Origin: Calcarisporiella thermophila CBS 279.70
Taxonomy: Eukaryota > Fungi > Calcarisporiellomycota
Direction: 5' to 3'
DNA length: 64,000 bases
Assembly (NCBI RefSeq): GCF_041956535.1
Contig: NW_027192211.1
Location: 211,079 to 275,078, forward strand
The notes under the pieces were generated by a model that saw nothing but the letters and a program-made list of their open reading frames with translations, ran no database searches and was not told the DNA's origin. Below are positions 50,977 to 61,969 of the stretch, in pieces (position 1 is the stretch's first letter; each line of letters starts with the position of its first letter). A program made the translations under genes and the position numbers.

Positions 50977-52844
50977 ATGAAGACGACAAGTTTCCTTGCC
51001 GCGTCCACTCTCCTCGGGCTTGTTAGCCTCGATTTGAGCCAAGCGGTGCCGCTCCCGGAGTCAACGTACGTCGCTTCGCGACTTCAAGATTATCCGCATC
51101 TCGATAGGCGTATTGAGTTGGCCACTATTCCAGTGTTGGGGCCTTTCCTTGCCGCAATGTGAGTAATCGTATTAAGTGGCTGGATTTTTGCAACCCACAT
51201 TTTATATATCTAATTTTGAATCACTAATATACTAAAATTTTAATTACCAAAGGAATGGCCATACTGCAAATGAAACCGCTCCTACCGAACCAGCGCCCGC
51301 CGCCACTATTCCTGCACGCACCGCTGTACCCGGGGCTGAGAACGAGGGCAGTGAAGTGCAAGAAAAAGGAGTGAAGGCCAAGAAGCATAAAGAGCAGAGC
51401 GATGAGGATGAAGGAACCGAAGGTGATGAAGAGTACGAGAGCGCTGCAAAACATAAAAAACACAAACCTGTGGAAGAGAAAGACGAGGAAGAAGAGAGCG
51501 ATGAAGACGAGGACGAGCCTATGGTCAAACACAGACATCATAACCATGGCAAGAAAGTCAATGGTGACGATGATGAAGACATAATTGCCAAGCATAGGAA
51601 GCATAAGAAAAAGAAAGCCGGGAAATACTACGAGGACGAGGACGAGGAGAATGATGACGACCAGGTCGTAGAGAAGGCTGTTAAGCACAAGAAGCTTGAT
51701 AATGACGAAGACGATGAAGTTGAGCACTTCCACGACCATAAACATGACCATGACAAGTTACACAAGTATGGCAAAAATCATGAACACCACCACCATCATC
51801 ATCACGCGAACGACGTAGACGAGATGAACAACGAGGATGAGGATGTGGACGATGATGAACGGATGGTAACGGAAAGGAAGTCAAAAGAAGATAGGTACGA
51901 GGAGAAGCACCACAAGAAACATAGACACCACAAGGAAGACTCAGATGAGGAAGATTCAGAAGAACCTGATCCTCCAACACGGCAAGAAGCTACTCCTGAA
52001 GTGACTCAACAGCCAACACCAGTTCAACAACAAAGTGCTCCAGCGCCCAAGGGAAAGAGTCTTCTTGGCGATCTATTACCACTTCGAAAGCGATTGTTCA
52101 AGACAGCCTCCCACCATAAGCGTCAACTTCCAATCCAAGGCTTATTAAAACCACTACTTGCCAGTTCGGAAACTCCGGCTCCCGTCACTCCAACTGTTCA
52201 AGCTCCACCGGTTCAACCTCAAGAGGTCAATATCCCCGAACGGAAAGACTATGATGACGACGAGGGAGAAATGGAGGAAGAAGAGCCGGTTAGGAGGAAG
52301 AAAAAGAAGTCAGGAAAAAAGAAGCATGTGAAGCATGTTGACGATGACTTCACACCTTCGAGGTCTGCGGCCAGAAAGAGCAAAGGGAAAGCAGCAGAGA
52401 AGAGCCACGACGCAACTATGAGGGAAGCAGAGGAAGAGGAAGAGAGAAGAGACCGAGAGAGATACGAAAGGGAGAGATATGAGAGGGAAATGGAGATGGA
52501 AGAACAGGAGGAGCGAGAAAGAGAGGAAGAGATGCGATTTTCCCAACCAGTAAATATCTAGGCCCTTCAACATTTCTATTGCTTCTTTCGCGAATCATTA
52601 ATTATTCTCTATTCTATCATGATAGCCGCAATATCCCAGCGATATGGATCCAGAGGAACGCGAACGGGCGCAGGACGCCTATGAGCTTGAACGTGAGCGT
52701 TATGAAGAACGTAAAGAGCGCATGAGGGATATGGAGTCACCTAACGACACCAATGAGCCTCCAGAAAAAGGGGACGGTGAAGGTGATGGCGGGAAGAAGC
52801 CAAGTGGACCATTGGGGGCATTAAAGGGCATTCTTCCTCTCTAG
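50977..52844 (+). CDS. Secreted His/Lys/Asp/Glu-rich low-complexity protein with dibasic sites (3 exons)
   Basis: Signal peptide MKTTSFLAASTLLGLVSLDLSQA; introns ~51159-51252 and ~52549-52625 keep the frame; poly-His and acidic/basic blocks; RR/RKR/KR sites. Confidence 0.8.
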
Positions 52845-53056
52845 TGAAATTGTTTATTTTTGAATATTCGTTTAGATCTCTCTTTTAGTGCGATTTTTTT
52901 TATTGTGATTTTTATATCAGATTATATTTTATTATTGAAAAAAAAAATCAGAAACAATCATTGATCAAAAAACTTGGATAAAATTTTATATACTTTTGTT
53001 TATTTCGCAATTATAATGAGATAATAAACATGTTATCCCACGCACAACTCAAGATA

Positions 53057-53296
53057 CTACAAAAAGTTCACCAGTTAAAATCAAATAGATAACGTATAAG
53101 GGGATGTAGAAGGTTTGGAGAAGGTTCGCGCTCTTCTATAATTTTTTTGCAATATTTTTATAATTTGTAATCCCTTCCCCATATAAAAAATTTATGAGAA
53201 ATAGGTAAAAAGTTAGTAAAATTCTAGAGAATCGCGAACGCTCTCTATCCTTCTTACATGCTATCTATTTGTTTTCACCTTTCAAACTTTTTGTAG
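53057..53296. mobile_element. Degenerate MITE-like inverted repeat (~240 bp)
   Basis: Left arm ctacaaaaagtt...caaatagata...gttcgcg...ctataatttt matches reverse complement of right arm aaaattctag...cgcgaac...tatctatttg...aactttttgtag; no ORF inside. Confidence 0.6.
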
Positions 53297-53712
53297 GGCC
53301 AACTGCATATATAATATGATTCAAAAGGTTCAAGGAAAATGGAAGGAAAGGGAAGTGATAGTTATTGATTAATTGAGCAATGCAATGAGCAATAAATGAA
53401 AATGAGTCCTCCTTGTCATTTGTTTTTCTTCCATTTTGTCGAGTTATTATTCAAAATTTAATACTTGTTTTTATCTTGCAGTAGATGAAACCATGGAATT
53501 TTATTGTATACTTACGGAAAAAATTTCATTTCTCCCATATATGTTAAGTTATTATGCTAAATGGCTTTAATAGAAATTGATTTTTTTTTACATTTGGAGG
53601 TGCATTAAGGTTTATTTAACGAGGTAAAATAGTACGGTCAAGGTGGCAGTTACATGTGAGTGAAGAGCGGAAAGATCTGCCTCTTATACCCCCTTTAAAA
53701 AATGAATGTAGT

Positions 53713-54636
53713 CTATTGAGTCCAGCTCTCAGCCCTCATCTGCGAAAGAAGCAAATCGTCGTAGTCTTTCTCATTGCTTATACCGGCTGCTGCTCTGATC
53801 TTAGCGCGGTCACCCGAGTCCTCCTCCTCTCCCTCCTCTTCCTCTTGCTCCTTTTTGGGGGACTTCGCCTTCTTCTTCTCACTCTTTTTCTTCCCTTGCT
53901 TCTTCATGCCTTCCTCCGCTTCCTTCTTCTTCTTCAGCATGGTCATTTCTTTCATCTTCCTCATCTCTTCATCATCTTCCTCATCCTCTTCATCTTCGTC
54001 TTTCTTGGTCACCGTTCCATCTTCGTCTTCGTCGTCTTCTTCGTCATCCAATTTGCTCAAGTTCTTCTTGTGCTTGTCCTCCTTACCCTTTTGTTTCTTC
54101 ATCTTTTTATCTTCCTTCTTAGTGACTTCCTCCTCCTCTTCCTCCGCGAAGTCTTCATCGTCCTCGTCGTCCTCGTCATCGTCCTCGTCACGCTTTTGAT
54201 GGTGCTTGGTGGATGCCTTTAGATCAGCGGCTGGTACAGGCTTGAGCTTAACGACCTTTTTGCATCCCTTCTTTGTCGCGGCCTCATCCTTAGCGTCCTG
54301 AGTCAAATAACAAATTCCATTATTGTCCATGTAGTATTTAACTGGCTCCACGGTGGAGGGAGTTGCACCAGCAGCCGAGACTGTGTTCGCCGGGACTACT
54401 TGAGGCGCATTAGGAGCAGTAGGGGGCGCGCGCCTCCAAAATTCGCTGTTCTCTCCGTGGTTAGAGTTTAGATTTTTCGCAACTCCGTTTGACACGGCGA
54501 CGGGTTGGTTTTTTGCAACATGATGTCCATGATCGAAATGGTGATAATGATGGTGGCCATCACGTTTGCTATATGGGATGGCCTGAACCATGGTGATGCC
54601 AAGTGTAGCGAGGGCAATAGCAATAACAAGCTTCAT
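53713..54636 (-). CDS. Secreted His-rich, Asp/Glu/Lys-rich protein with dibasic sites, intronless
   Basis: Signal MKLVIAIALATLGITMVQA; KR|DGHHHYHHFDHGHH; RR|; KR|DEDDDED... polyampholyte tail. Confidence 0.82.
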   Translation of the reverse strand: MKLVIAIALATLGITMVQAIPYSKRDGHHHYHHFDHGHHVAKNQPVAVSNGVAKNLNSNHGENSEFWRRAPPTAPNAPQVVPANTVSAAGATPSTVEPVKYYMDNNGICYLTQDAKDEAATKKGCKKVVKLKPVPAADLKASTKHHQKRDEDDDEDDEDDEDFAEEEEEEVTKKEDKKMKKQKGKEDKHKKNLSKLDDEEDDEDEDGTVTKKDEDEEDEEDDEEMRKMKEMTMLKKKKEAEEGMKKQGKKKSEKKKAKSPKKEQEEEEGEEEDSGDRAKIRAAAGISNEKDYDDLLLSQMRAESWTQ

Positions 54637-56552
54637 GGTGATATATAGGTTGAAGTGTCGGTGAATACGAGTGGTATTATTGGATGTCAAAATTGAAAGT
54701 GAATATGCTCTATAAGTGAGAGGGAGGGGGGTGTCGATCAAGACAAGATGAAGTGATGTTCTGTTTCTACAATTGCCTCCGGTTTTATATATTTAACTGA
54801 TTCCGAACTTTACTTTTTTCTACAACGGCGGGAATGTTGGCTATCTAACTGGTTAGGAGAAATTGAAAGGAATGATGTGCCGTATCAATTGGAAAAATAG
54901 GCAATATTTAGGCGGTTGAAGCATTATTGTGGTTAGAATACACTGACGATCACTAGTGAGAATGTGAGCATCGTTTTATTTTACTTTCCGAACAGGCCGT
55001 TTCGAAAAAATTGCTCGTGCGTGAACCTAATGATGGCACATTCATTCGCCAGACCTTTTCTATAGGGGTAATATGGAACGAAAAAATGAGCGATTAGCCC
55101 TCTACCCAACTCGCCTCTGTGGACGCTAATTTTGCTTTTCTCCTATACCCGTTCCATCTTTTACAAGATTTTCTCAAATATGAAGCTGGGGACCTATTTA
55201 AAATATGTAATTTTTATACTCCCTTTCATTGTATATCGTGAAAAAGATTAATAGAGTAGATAAAAACATTCGATGTCTGACGCATTCCAATGGAGGCTAA
55301 CTCTTAAGAAAAGTGGGGGATTTGTCTCAGCCTATAGTCCATGACCATATATTAGAGATGGCCCAGGGATCTCCCAAGTACATACTGCACGTGTGCATCC
55401 TTAAGTGTTCCCTTAAATTCTTTGAAGTGGTGTCATAATATTGCGTGATGAGAGAAAAAAAAAGGGAAAGGATTAGTCAAAAAGCGTGCTAACCGGTTGC
55501 TTTTCGCAAGGTTCAATTTTTCCGAGTTCATTTCAATCATTCTTCCAACCTGCTAAAATATCATATTATATAGCAATGGCTCTCTTTATCTCTTATTATT
55601 ATTCAATCAGATTTCTCAAGTAGTTATCAAAATCTAACATAGTCAGTTTCGCTAAAAGAAAAAGCCTCATGCTACTATAGCTTAAATAGCTTGCTTTGAG
55701 TTGGAATTAAACTAATGATTCGACTTGCAAGTTCTTATAACTCGTAAGCGAAATGTAAGTTTCAATTTTTTGGTTCTCCAAAATACTTTTTTAATCTTGA
55801 ATTCTGCTTAATATACCAATAGGCATTAAACGGATTTTATTAAATAACTTTAAAGCAATCGAAGAAGCTAGTTTCCCATTTCTCTGGTCACTCTAAAATC
55901 TTTTTGAACATGGAGGGGTGACAACGTCAATAAAATTTTGAAAATTTTATCTGAAAATAGCTAGGAATGGATTCTAATGCAATTCTCCAAAACTTGCATT
56001 ATAACTATTTAAGGAAAAAATTGAAGGTTTTAGAAATCAATAAAAAAAAGTCCGATCTTGAACATCTTTCTCTCATATAAAGCTGATTTTTAATGAACTT
56101 TCTGAAAGGATAAGGCTTTTTGCAAATTTTATCGAATTGACAATAAGTGATATTCAATGGCCTTTTTCGAGTAAATTTTACCGACTTTTTTTAATTAATA
56201 TCTCTTTTCAGACTTTTGAAAGCTGATCATACTGCATATATCTACATCGGTATAGGATAGGAAGCAATTGAGCGACCATGGTCTCAGTGTTTTATGAACA
56301 GTCATCAATACAGACATTGTGCTTAGGATGCTTTGAACGATCCCGTTGTTTTATTAGGCTGTGACTATGTTGTAGTTATTTTCACCATATTATTCTTCCT
56401 AAATAAATATTTTTGAAACATTAAAGAGAAACATATATAAACCGTAGTTGTTCTCTATATCATAGTAGTGCATTTTGTAAAAAAAGTATACCTTGGAATC
56501 TTTAGTTTTTAAAAAGTAATCGTTCTTTATAACCACATCCTACGAGCAAGTA

Positions 56553-57092
56553 ATGAAAGGGATTAATCTTGTTGCACTCATTTTTGCTGCCGTAACCTTT
56601 TCTGGCGCTGCTCCACTTAGTAAACGTCACGGAGGAGATAATATCTATAATGATGCACACGTGCTCGGAGACAATGACATAGGCAATACCAATATCAACT
56701 CTGACACTGTTTATGTGTCCAATAACAATATAAACACTCGGGCAGATGGAAAGGGGAACAATTCGGCATGGAAGCGGGCTCCATGGGGTGGCGACAATTT
56801 TTATGATGACGTGCATGTAGCAGGCTCAGGCTATATCGCGAATACCAAAATCAATTCGGATACGATATATGTCGTGAATGGCAACGTAGATACATCTGCT
56901 AAGGGCTGTAATAATAATTCAGCTCATGGGAAACGCCATAACTGTAGGCGTGACGATATTATCAGCGACGCAGGCATTCTGGATACGAATGCACTATTCC
57001 ATACGAATATTAACTCGGACACAGTGGTGGTTGACCAAGATAACACGAACACCAGTGCCAATGGTAACGACAACAATTCAGCTTCAGCCTGA
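56553..57092 (+). CDS. Secreted Kex2-processed repeat precursor A (3 Asn-rich modules)
   Basis: Signal peptide + SKR; three ~46-51 aa repeats sharing INSDT and NNSA, separated by KR and KR-HNC-RR. Confidence 0.88.
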   Translation: MKGINLVALIFAAVTFSGAAPLSKRHGGDNIYNDAHVLGDNDIGNTNINSDTVYVSNNNINTRADGKGNNSAWKRAPWGGDNFYDDVHVAGSGYIANTKINSDTIYVVNGNVDTSAKGCNNNSAHGKRHNCRRDDIISDAGILDTNALFHTNINSDTVVVDQDNTNTSANGNDNNSASA

Positions 57093-57848
57093 TGTTAGGG
57101 CGACTATTTCAAATTCCCCTCGCACTATATATACTCAACCCAAGCATTCGCATAGCGGGGCAACCCACCCTTGATAGCCATACAGTTCACCTGACATCCT
57201 CTAGTATTTAGTTGCATTTTCACCTTTATATCCCCCGTAATAAATACTGGTTTTAAACTGTTATCTCTCGTTCGCTTTCAGAACCCCACAAAATAAGCGA
57301 GTTGAGCCTTTAAGAAAAGTTTCCTAAAAAGAAGCGTGGCACTAGTCCAAACAGAAAATGGCTGCCAATGCAAAAAAATTTATTGCCAATTTGGGCACTG
57401 ATCACATATCTCTGCCTAACCGAGCTTCCCCAAAGATGGCTGTCATTTTCTTTCGGCGCGCAGAGGCGTGCCTGGATATTCAGAGAGGCATTGGGGGTGG
57501 TTGGTACTATGCAAAAGTGCAAGTGGTTCGCAACGATCCAAGAAAAGACTGATTTCTAACGCTAGGAATGGACTGGTGAAAACTTTGGTAACCGAAATCG
57601 GCCCAACCCCTCCCACCCAAGCAGAGGTTGGAGGAAATTATCCGAAAATAGTCTCGAAGAATGTTCACTGGAAATATTTAAATAAACATTCTTCCTTTTT
57701 CATACGACAATTCTCAGGTCGTCTTTTGATTTAGACACGGCCGGCATCCCCCTTCTTCATCCCCTTTCCTTCCGTCTCTCTTTCCTTTTAACCAGGCAAG
57801 AAGAAACGTTTCCCTCTGTTTCTGCTTCCCGTCGCAAACAAAAATTCT

Positions 57849-58784
57849 ATGAAGTCACCCATCCTTACCACACTTACTATTGTCGGAATAGCGGTGTTGT
57901 CGCAGGGTGCACCTCACAACAGGCGTGGTATCCTGGATAACACTCTGAACAACCCCGATATCATTGACCACCTTTCTCTCATTGATTCCACCGTTAACTC
58001 AAACCCGCAGACATCGGAAAATCGAAACTCCAACACAAAAGCAAATGGTCCTGGCGACAATTCGGACCTGTCAAAGCAAGGAGGAGAGGGCATTTACCAC
58101 AAAGGCCACTACAAGATGCGCCGTGGCCTCATAGACAACTCGCTCAATAATGTACATATCCTCGACCACCTAGACATGTTCAACACTATAATGAATTCTG
58201 ACGTGGAGAAGGACGAAAATACAAATGCAAACACAAAAGCATCCGGCCCTGGTGACAATTCAGCATATTCACGAAAAGGTCCCGAAGGCTACTACTATCG
58301 GGGAGGAGGAGCGGACGTTTATAACCCACCGATACGATATGTCGCCCCCGCTCAATACCAGCAAATGAATGCGGTTCCCGTGCAAATGATCCCCATTGGA
58401 ATGGCCCCTGTCCAAATGGTTCCAGCAAGGATGACCCCTATCCAAATGGTCCCAGCCCGAATGTCGCCTACAGCCATGGATACAGTTGAAATGGATAGTG
58501 ATAGAGGCAGATATGATCCAGACGCCATCAACAACTCAATGGAACCGCCCAACCAAGATTTGACCGATGTATTAGGGAAGAAAAAGCGTGGCCTCCTCGA
58601 CAACACTCTCAACAATGCTGATATCATTGATCATCTTTCACTCATTGATTCGATGGTAAACTCGAACCCACAGGATTCGGAGAATCGAAATGCAAACACT
58701 AAGGCATCAGGACCAGGCGATAACTCCAGTCTCTCAAAGCAAGGACCGGAGGGCGCCTATATTAAAAAGGGAACGGGGCACTGA
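57849..58784 (+). CDS. Secreted Kex2-processed repeat precursor B (3 Asn-rich modules + Met/Pro spacer)
   Basis: Signal peptide + NRR; three repeats G(I/L)(L/I)DN(T/S)LNN...DHL...NS...NTKA(N/S)GPGDNS, each preceded by RR or KR. Confidence 0.88.
   Translation: MKSPILTTLTIVGIAVLSQGAPHNRRGILDNTLNNPDIIDHLSLIDSTVNSNPQTSENRNSNTKANGPGDNSDLSKQGGEGIYHKGHYKMRRGLIDNSLNNVHILDHLDMFNTIMNSDVEKDENTNANTKASGPGDNSAYSRKGPEGYYYRGGGADVYNPPIRYVAPAQYQQMNAVPVQMIPIGMAPVQMVPARMTPIQMVPARMSPTAMDTVEMDSDRGRYDPDAINNSMEPPNQDLTDVLGKKKRGLLDNTLNNADIIDHLSLIDSMVNSNPQDSENRNANTKASGPGDNSSLSKQGPEGAYIKKGTGH
58378..58468 (+). repeat. ~30-bp tandem repeat encoding PVQMV-PARMT type pentapeptides
   Basis: gtccaaatggttccagcaaggatgacccct / atccaaatggtcccagcccgaatgtcgcct. 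Confidence 0.75.
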
Positions 58785-59440
58785 GAAGGCTACTAATAAC
58801 TCTTATTCTTTGCTGGATTTTCTTTTATTATTTGATATCACATTTGATAGAAAGTCTCTTCTGCCGATATTTCTTTTTTTTAATTGTGTAAGCATTCTTG
58901 TATTTTCTTTCTTCTTTCGTAGTTCTTAATCTCCAGCTGAATCTTTTTACTCGATACCCCATTGAAAGGAAAAACTATAAATAAAATAAAAATTGTAAAA
59001 GCGTTATATCCAATTTTTATTTTTGGATTTACTTTAACTCCTCTTTTGTAACATGGTGAGATAAGCAACCTTGTGTACTATTAGGTCGACTTTTAAGTAG
59101 GAGATTTTTTTTACAGTTAGTCTTACAGAATATCACTATATTCTTCCGAAAGATTATAATAGGCAAAATTTTTTCTATATTTTTAATGCATATTGAAGTC
59201 ATCGTAAATTGCGCATGTAAATCTTTTCGTCTTGCAGCTCGACGTGAACTTCTCTATTTGAGCTATTAGAAATAAGTAAACAACGGCTATATTTGAATCC
59301 ATATCAACAAATAATGGTTACAGGTTGTTATATAAGAACAAAATAGCGTCAAGAGAGGCAAAATATAACCGAATATATAATAAAAAGCAGTTTGCTATTT
59401 ATAATTGAAGAGGAATATTCTATATCTATAAGCCTTCTAT

Positions 59441-60703
59441 TCATGACCCAAGGGCTGACCAATTTCGCATCAAGAATTCCTGGTGAAAAATAAAAATAAA
59501 GTGCATGAATTTAAGTAGAAACGTTGTTAACTCAGAAAAAGAATTATAACTTACATAAGTTAAAAAGATGACTGCGCTTGCAGGGGCACTTTTAAAGAGC
59601 GTAATCCCACATCCTCGGTAAAATCCACGTAGCCCCTCGTTCCGCCAAAGCTCTCTGCTTACCTCCATGAAACTACGTCTTCGGACCGCCACTCCTCGTA
59701 AGGCCATAAGCTCCTCTTCCGTCTGCATCTGGCTCTTGACAACGTCAGCAGGGAAAAGAGAAAAGTTATAGGCGACGCCTGCAATTGCACCAGCAGTCAT
59801 TAGGTATCCCTCCGATAGCTCGCTCTTCTTCTTCCCGGTACTCTGCTGGAACCACCGGCAAAGAAACTCATAGGTACCAAACCATGCGGCTCCACCCCCA
59901 GATTCACGTAAGAAAGTTCCAAGATGACCCCGGTAGAAACCCTTGATGCCATGCTGTTTAAAAGTGTCCGAGATAACCGTTAGAGGGCCACGATAGCTAC
60001 CGACAGCGTTTTTATCATAGAGAGCTGCATCTTGGACCTGCATCTTGCATTTTACAAGCTCGACAGGAGTAAGGATCAACGATACAAACGCTCCAGCAAT
60101 ACCACCCGCAACGCATAGTTGCTGTATCGATAGAGGAGGGAGAAGCTCAGGATTGGTATTCCGAATGGCCATGCGCTCTTTAGGAGTAGCAGAGTACTCG
60201 CGGATTAAGCGTTGGGTCTCGTTGTATGCAAAAAAAAGGAAGGCGTTTTCTATCATGGAGCCAATCACCGGCGATGTAAGCCCCTGATATAAACCACGCA
60301 TGCCCTCATTTTTAAACGTCTGTGCCAAGCACTGCCATGGACCCTGGAACGAGCGTTCATTAACGGGCTGAGATTGGAGCCGAACTTTCACGGTATCAAA
60401 AGGATATTCGACAACCTTGCCGACCATGCCTGCAATCTTGTATTTTCGGCAGAAAAGTGGGTACCAGTGGAAAAAATCATTGAAAAAATGCACATCGTTA
60501 GCATCCAAGAAATCGAAATCAACTGCTAATTAAGCTTTTCGTGGGAAAATCGCTAAGCAGTAAGACCGAAGAAATTGACTTACAGAACCAAAGAGGAGCT
60601 CATACATCTGCTGTTTTGCTCCCGCCTCGACCTTTATTTTAGCCCCTATCTGTGCGCTTTGTTTGTCATCAATGTGGGTTTCAAGCACTTGTTTCAAGTC
60701 CAT
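59441..60703 (-). CDS. Mitochondrial carrier, probable ornithine transporter (Ort1-like)
   Basis: Three carrier signatures PFDTVKVRLQ, PVELVKCKMQ, PADVVKSQMQ; RESGGGAAWFG; first exon MDLKQVLE...LLFGS. Confidence 0.88.
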
Positions 60704-60859
60704 GGCAATAAAACTATTGAAATAGGGGAAAAAATGGGGAAAGAAATCAATAAGCGCTCAATTTTCGCTGACAGCTAAGCTGCATTAAGAGGGGCTGCGC
60801 CGCATACCTTCATCATTAAATTTGGATGGCAATTTTTTCCTTAGACTTTAGGTTACAGG

Positions 60860-61969
60860 ATGGAGAACATCCAGACCATTTTTATTCGTGAAACCGAATC
60901 CCGCCCAGATCCCAAACCCCACACTGTCTACAGGATAGAGGTCCATGCACCAGTGAGAACATGGAGCGTCTGGCGTCGCTATTCCGAATTTGATGCCCTT
61001 CACAACAAGCTTCTTCGCATTGCTCCATCTCCCACTGTCCCTCTCCCTGCCAAAACCCTCTGGTCTCCCTTCCAGAATCAAGCTTCTCTGGTCGAAGATC
61101 GCCGCCGTGGTCTTGAGGAGTACTTGCGTGGAATACTTGCCTCGCGTGATGACAGGTGGCGAAAATCAGAAGAATGGAAAGAGTTTCTTGCGATACCGAC
61201 TGGACGGTCACTAGATCCCGCTCAACAGTATACCCTTCAGAGTTGGCTGGACGAATATGGCGAGATGCAGAACACGGTACGTGAAATAAGGAACCTGATT
61301 AACCGACGAGAGACCCACATGGCTCGAAATGAGATCTCAGCTGGCCATAACTGCACTCTGCAAGCAAAACGGCTGCTAACGACACTTGGCAACAGAATAG
61401 GCAGTTTGGATGCAGGGCTGGTTGCATTAGCTAATGGTGGTGGAGATAAAACGGGCACAATGTTATCAGAAGGAGAACTCCGGCGGCGACAGGATAAGAT
61501 GAACGAGCTTCGAGATGAGCGTGAAACACTTACCAAGCTGGTTATAGCGGGGAGACAAGAAAACGGTACGTTTTTGCAAACTAGCTCCTCCATGCCAAAT
61601 ACCGGCGAGAGAAACGCACTCCTCTACAATCATCAACACAGCACACCCCTCACCAAGCCCCCGAGCAAGCCAGTTTCAAGGAGAGTGTTTGGCAATGCTG
61701 CCATATCTACTGAGGCACCCAAAGAGACGGAGGAAACTCGTGGGCTTGACAATGAAGGGCTAGTACGTTTACAGCAGGAAATGATGCTTGACCAAGACAA
61801 GCAGATGGAGCAGTTTTCAGCTATATTGCAACGCCAGAGGCATCTTGGACTTGCCATCGGCAATGAACTGGACACCCATAACCGGCTCCTTGACGAGCTG
61901 GACTCCAGTGTAGAGCGCACTGATGCTAAACTGAAACTGTCGAGAAAAACTCTGAATAAAATTAAATAA
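60860..61969 (+). CDS. VAM7: Vam7-like PX-domain Qc-SNARE
   Basis: PX domain (VWRRYSEFDALH...LPAK...RRRGLEEYL) plus C-terminal SNARE motif (DQDKQMEQFSAILQRQRHLGLAIGNEL) with no TM. Confidence 0.9.
   Translation: MENIQTIFIRETESRPDPKPHTVYRIEVHAPVRTWSVWRRYSEFDALHNKLLRIAPSPTVPLPAKTLWSPFQNQASLVEDRRRGLEEYLRGILASRDDRWRKSEEWKEFLAIPTGRSLDPAQQYTLQSWLDEYGEMQNTVREIRNLINRRETHMARNEISAGHNCTLQAKRLLTTLGNRIGSLDAGLVALANGGGDKTGTMLSEGELRRRQDKMNELRDERETLTKLVIAGRQENGTFLQTSSSMPNTGERNALLYNHQHSTPLTKPPSKPVSRRVFGNAAISTEAPKETEETRGLDNEGLVRLQQEMMLDQDKQMEQFSAILQRQRHLGLAIGNELDTHNRLLDELDSSVERTDAKLKLSRKTLNKIK

Noticed and set aside
25727-54222. Hydrophobic Phe/Leu/Ser-rich ORFs (25727+, 25764+, 51224-, 53656+, 53774+) resembling membrane proteins
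   Set aside because: Antisense translations of E/K/D-rich exons
56553-58784. RiPP (dikaritin-type) precursor or hydrophobin interpretation of the repeat proteins
   Set aside because: No DUF3328/UstY, tyrosinase or other tailoring genes nearby; modules are long; no 8-Cys hydrophobin pattern
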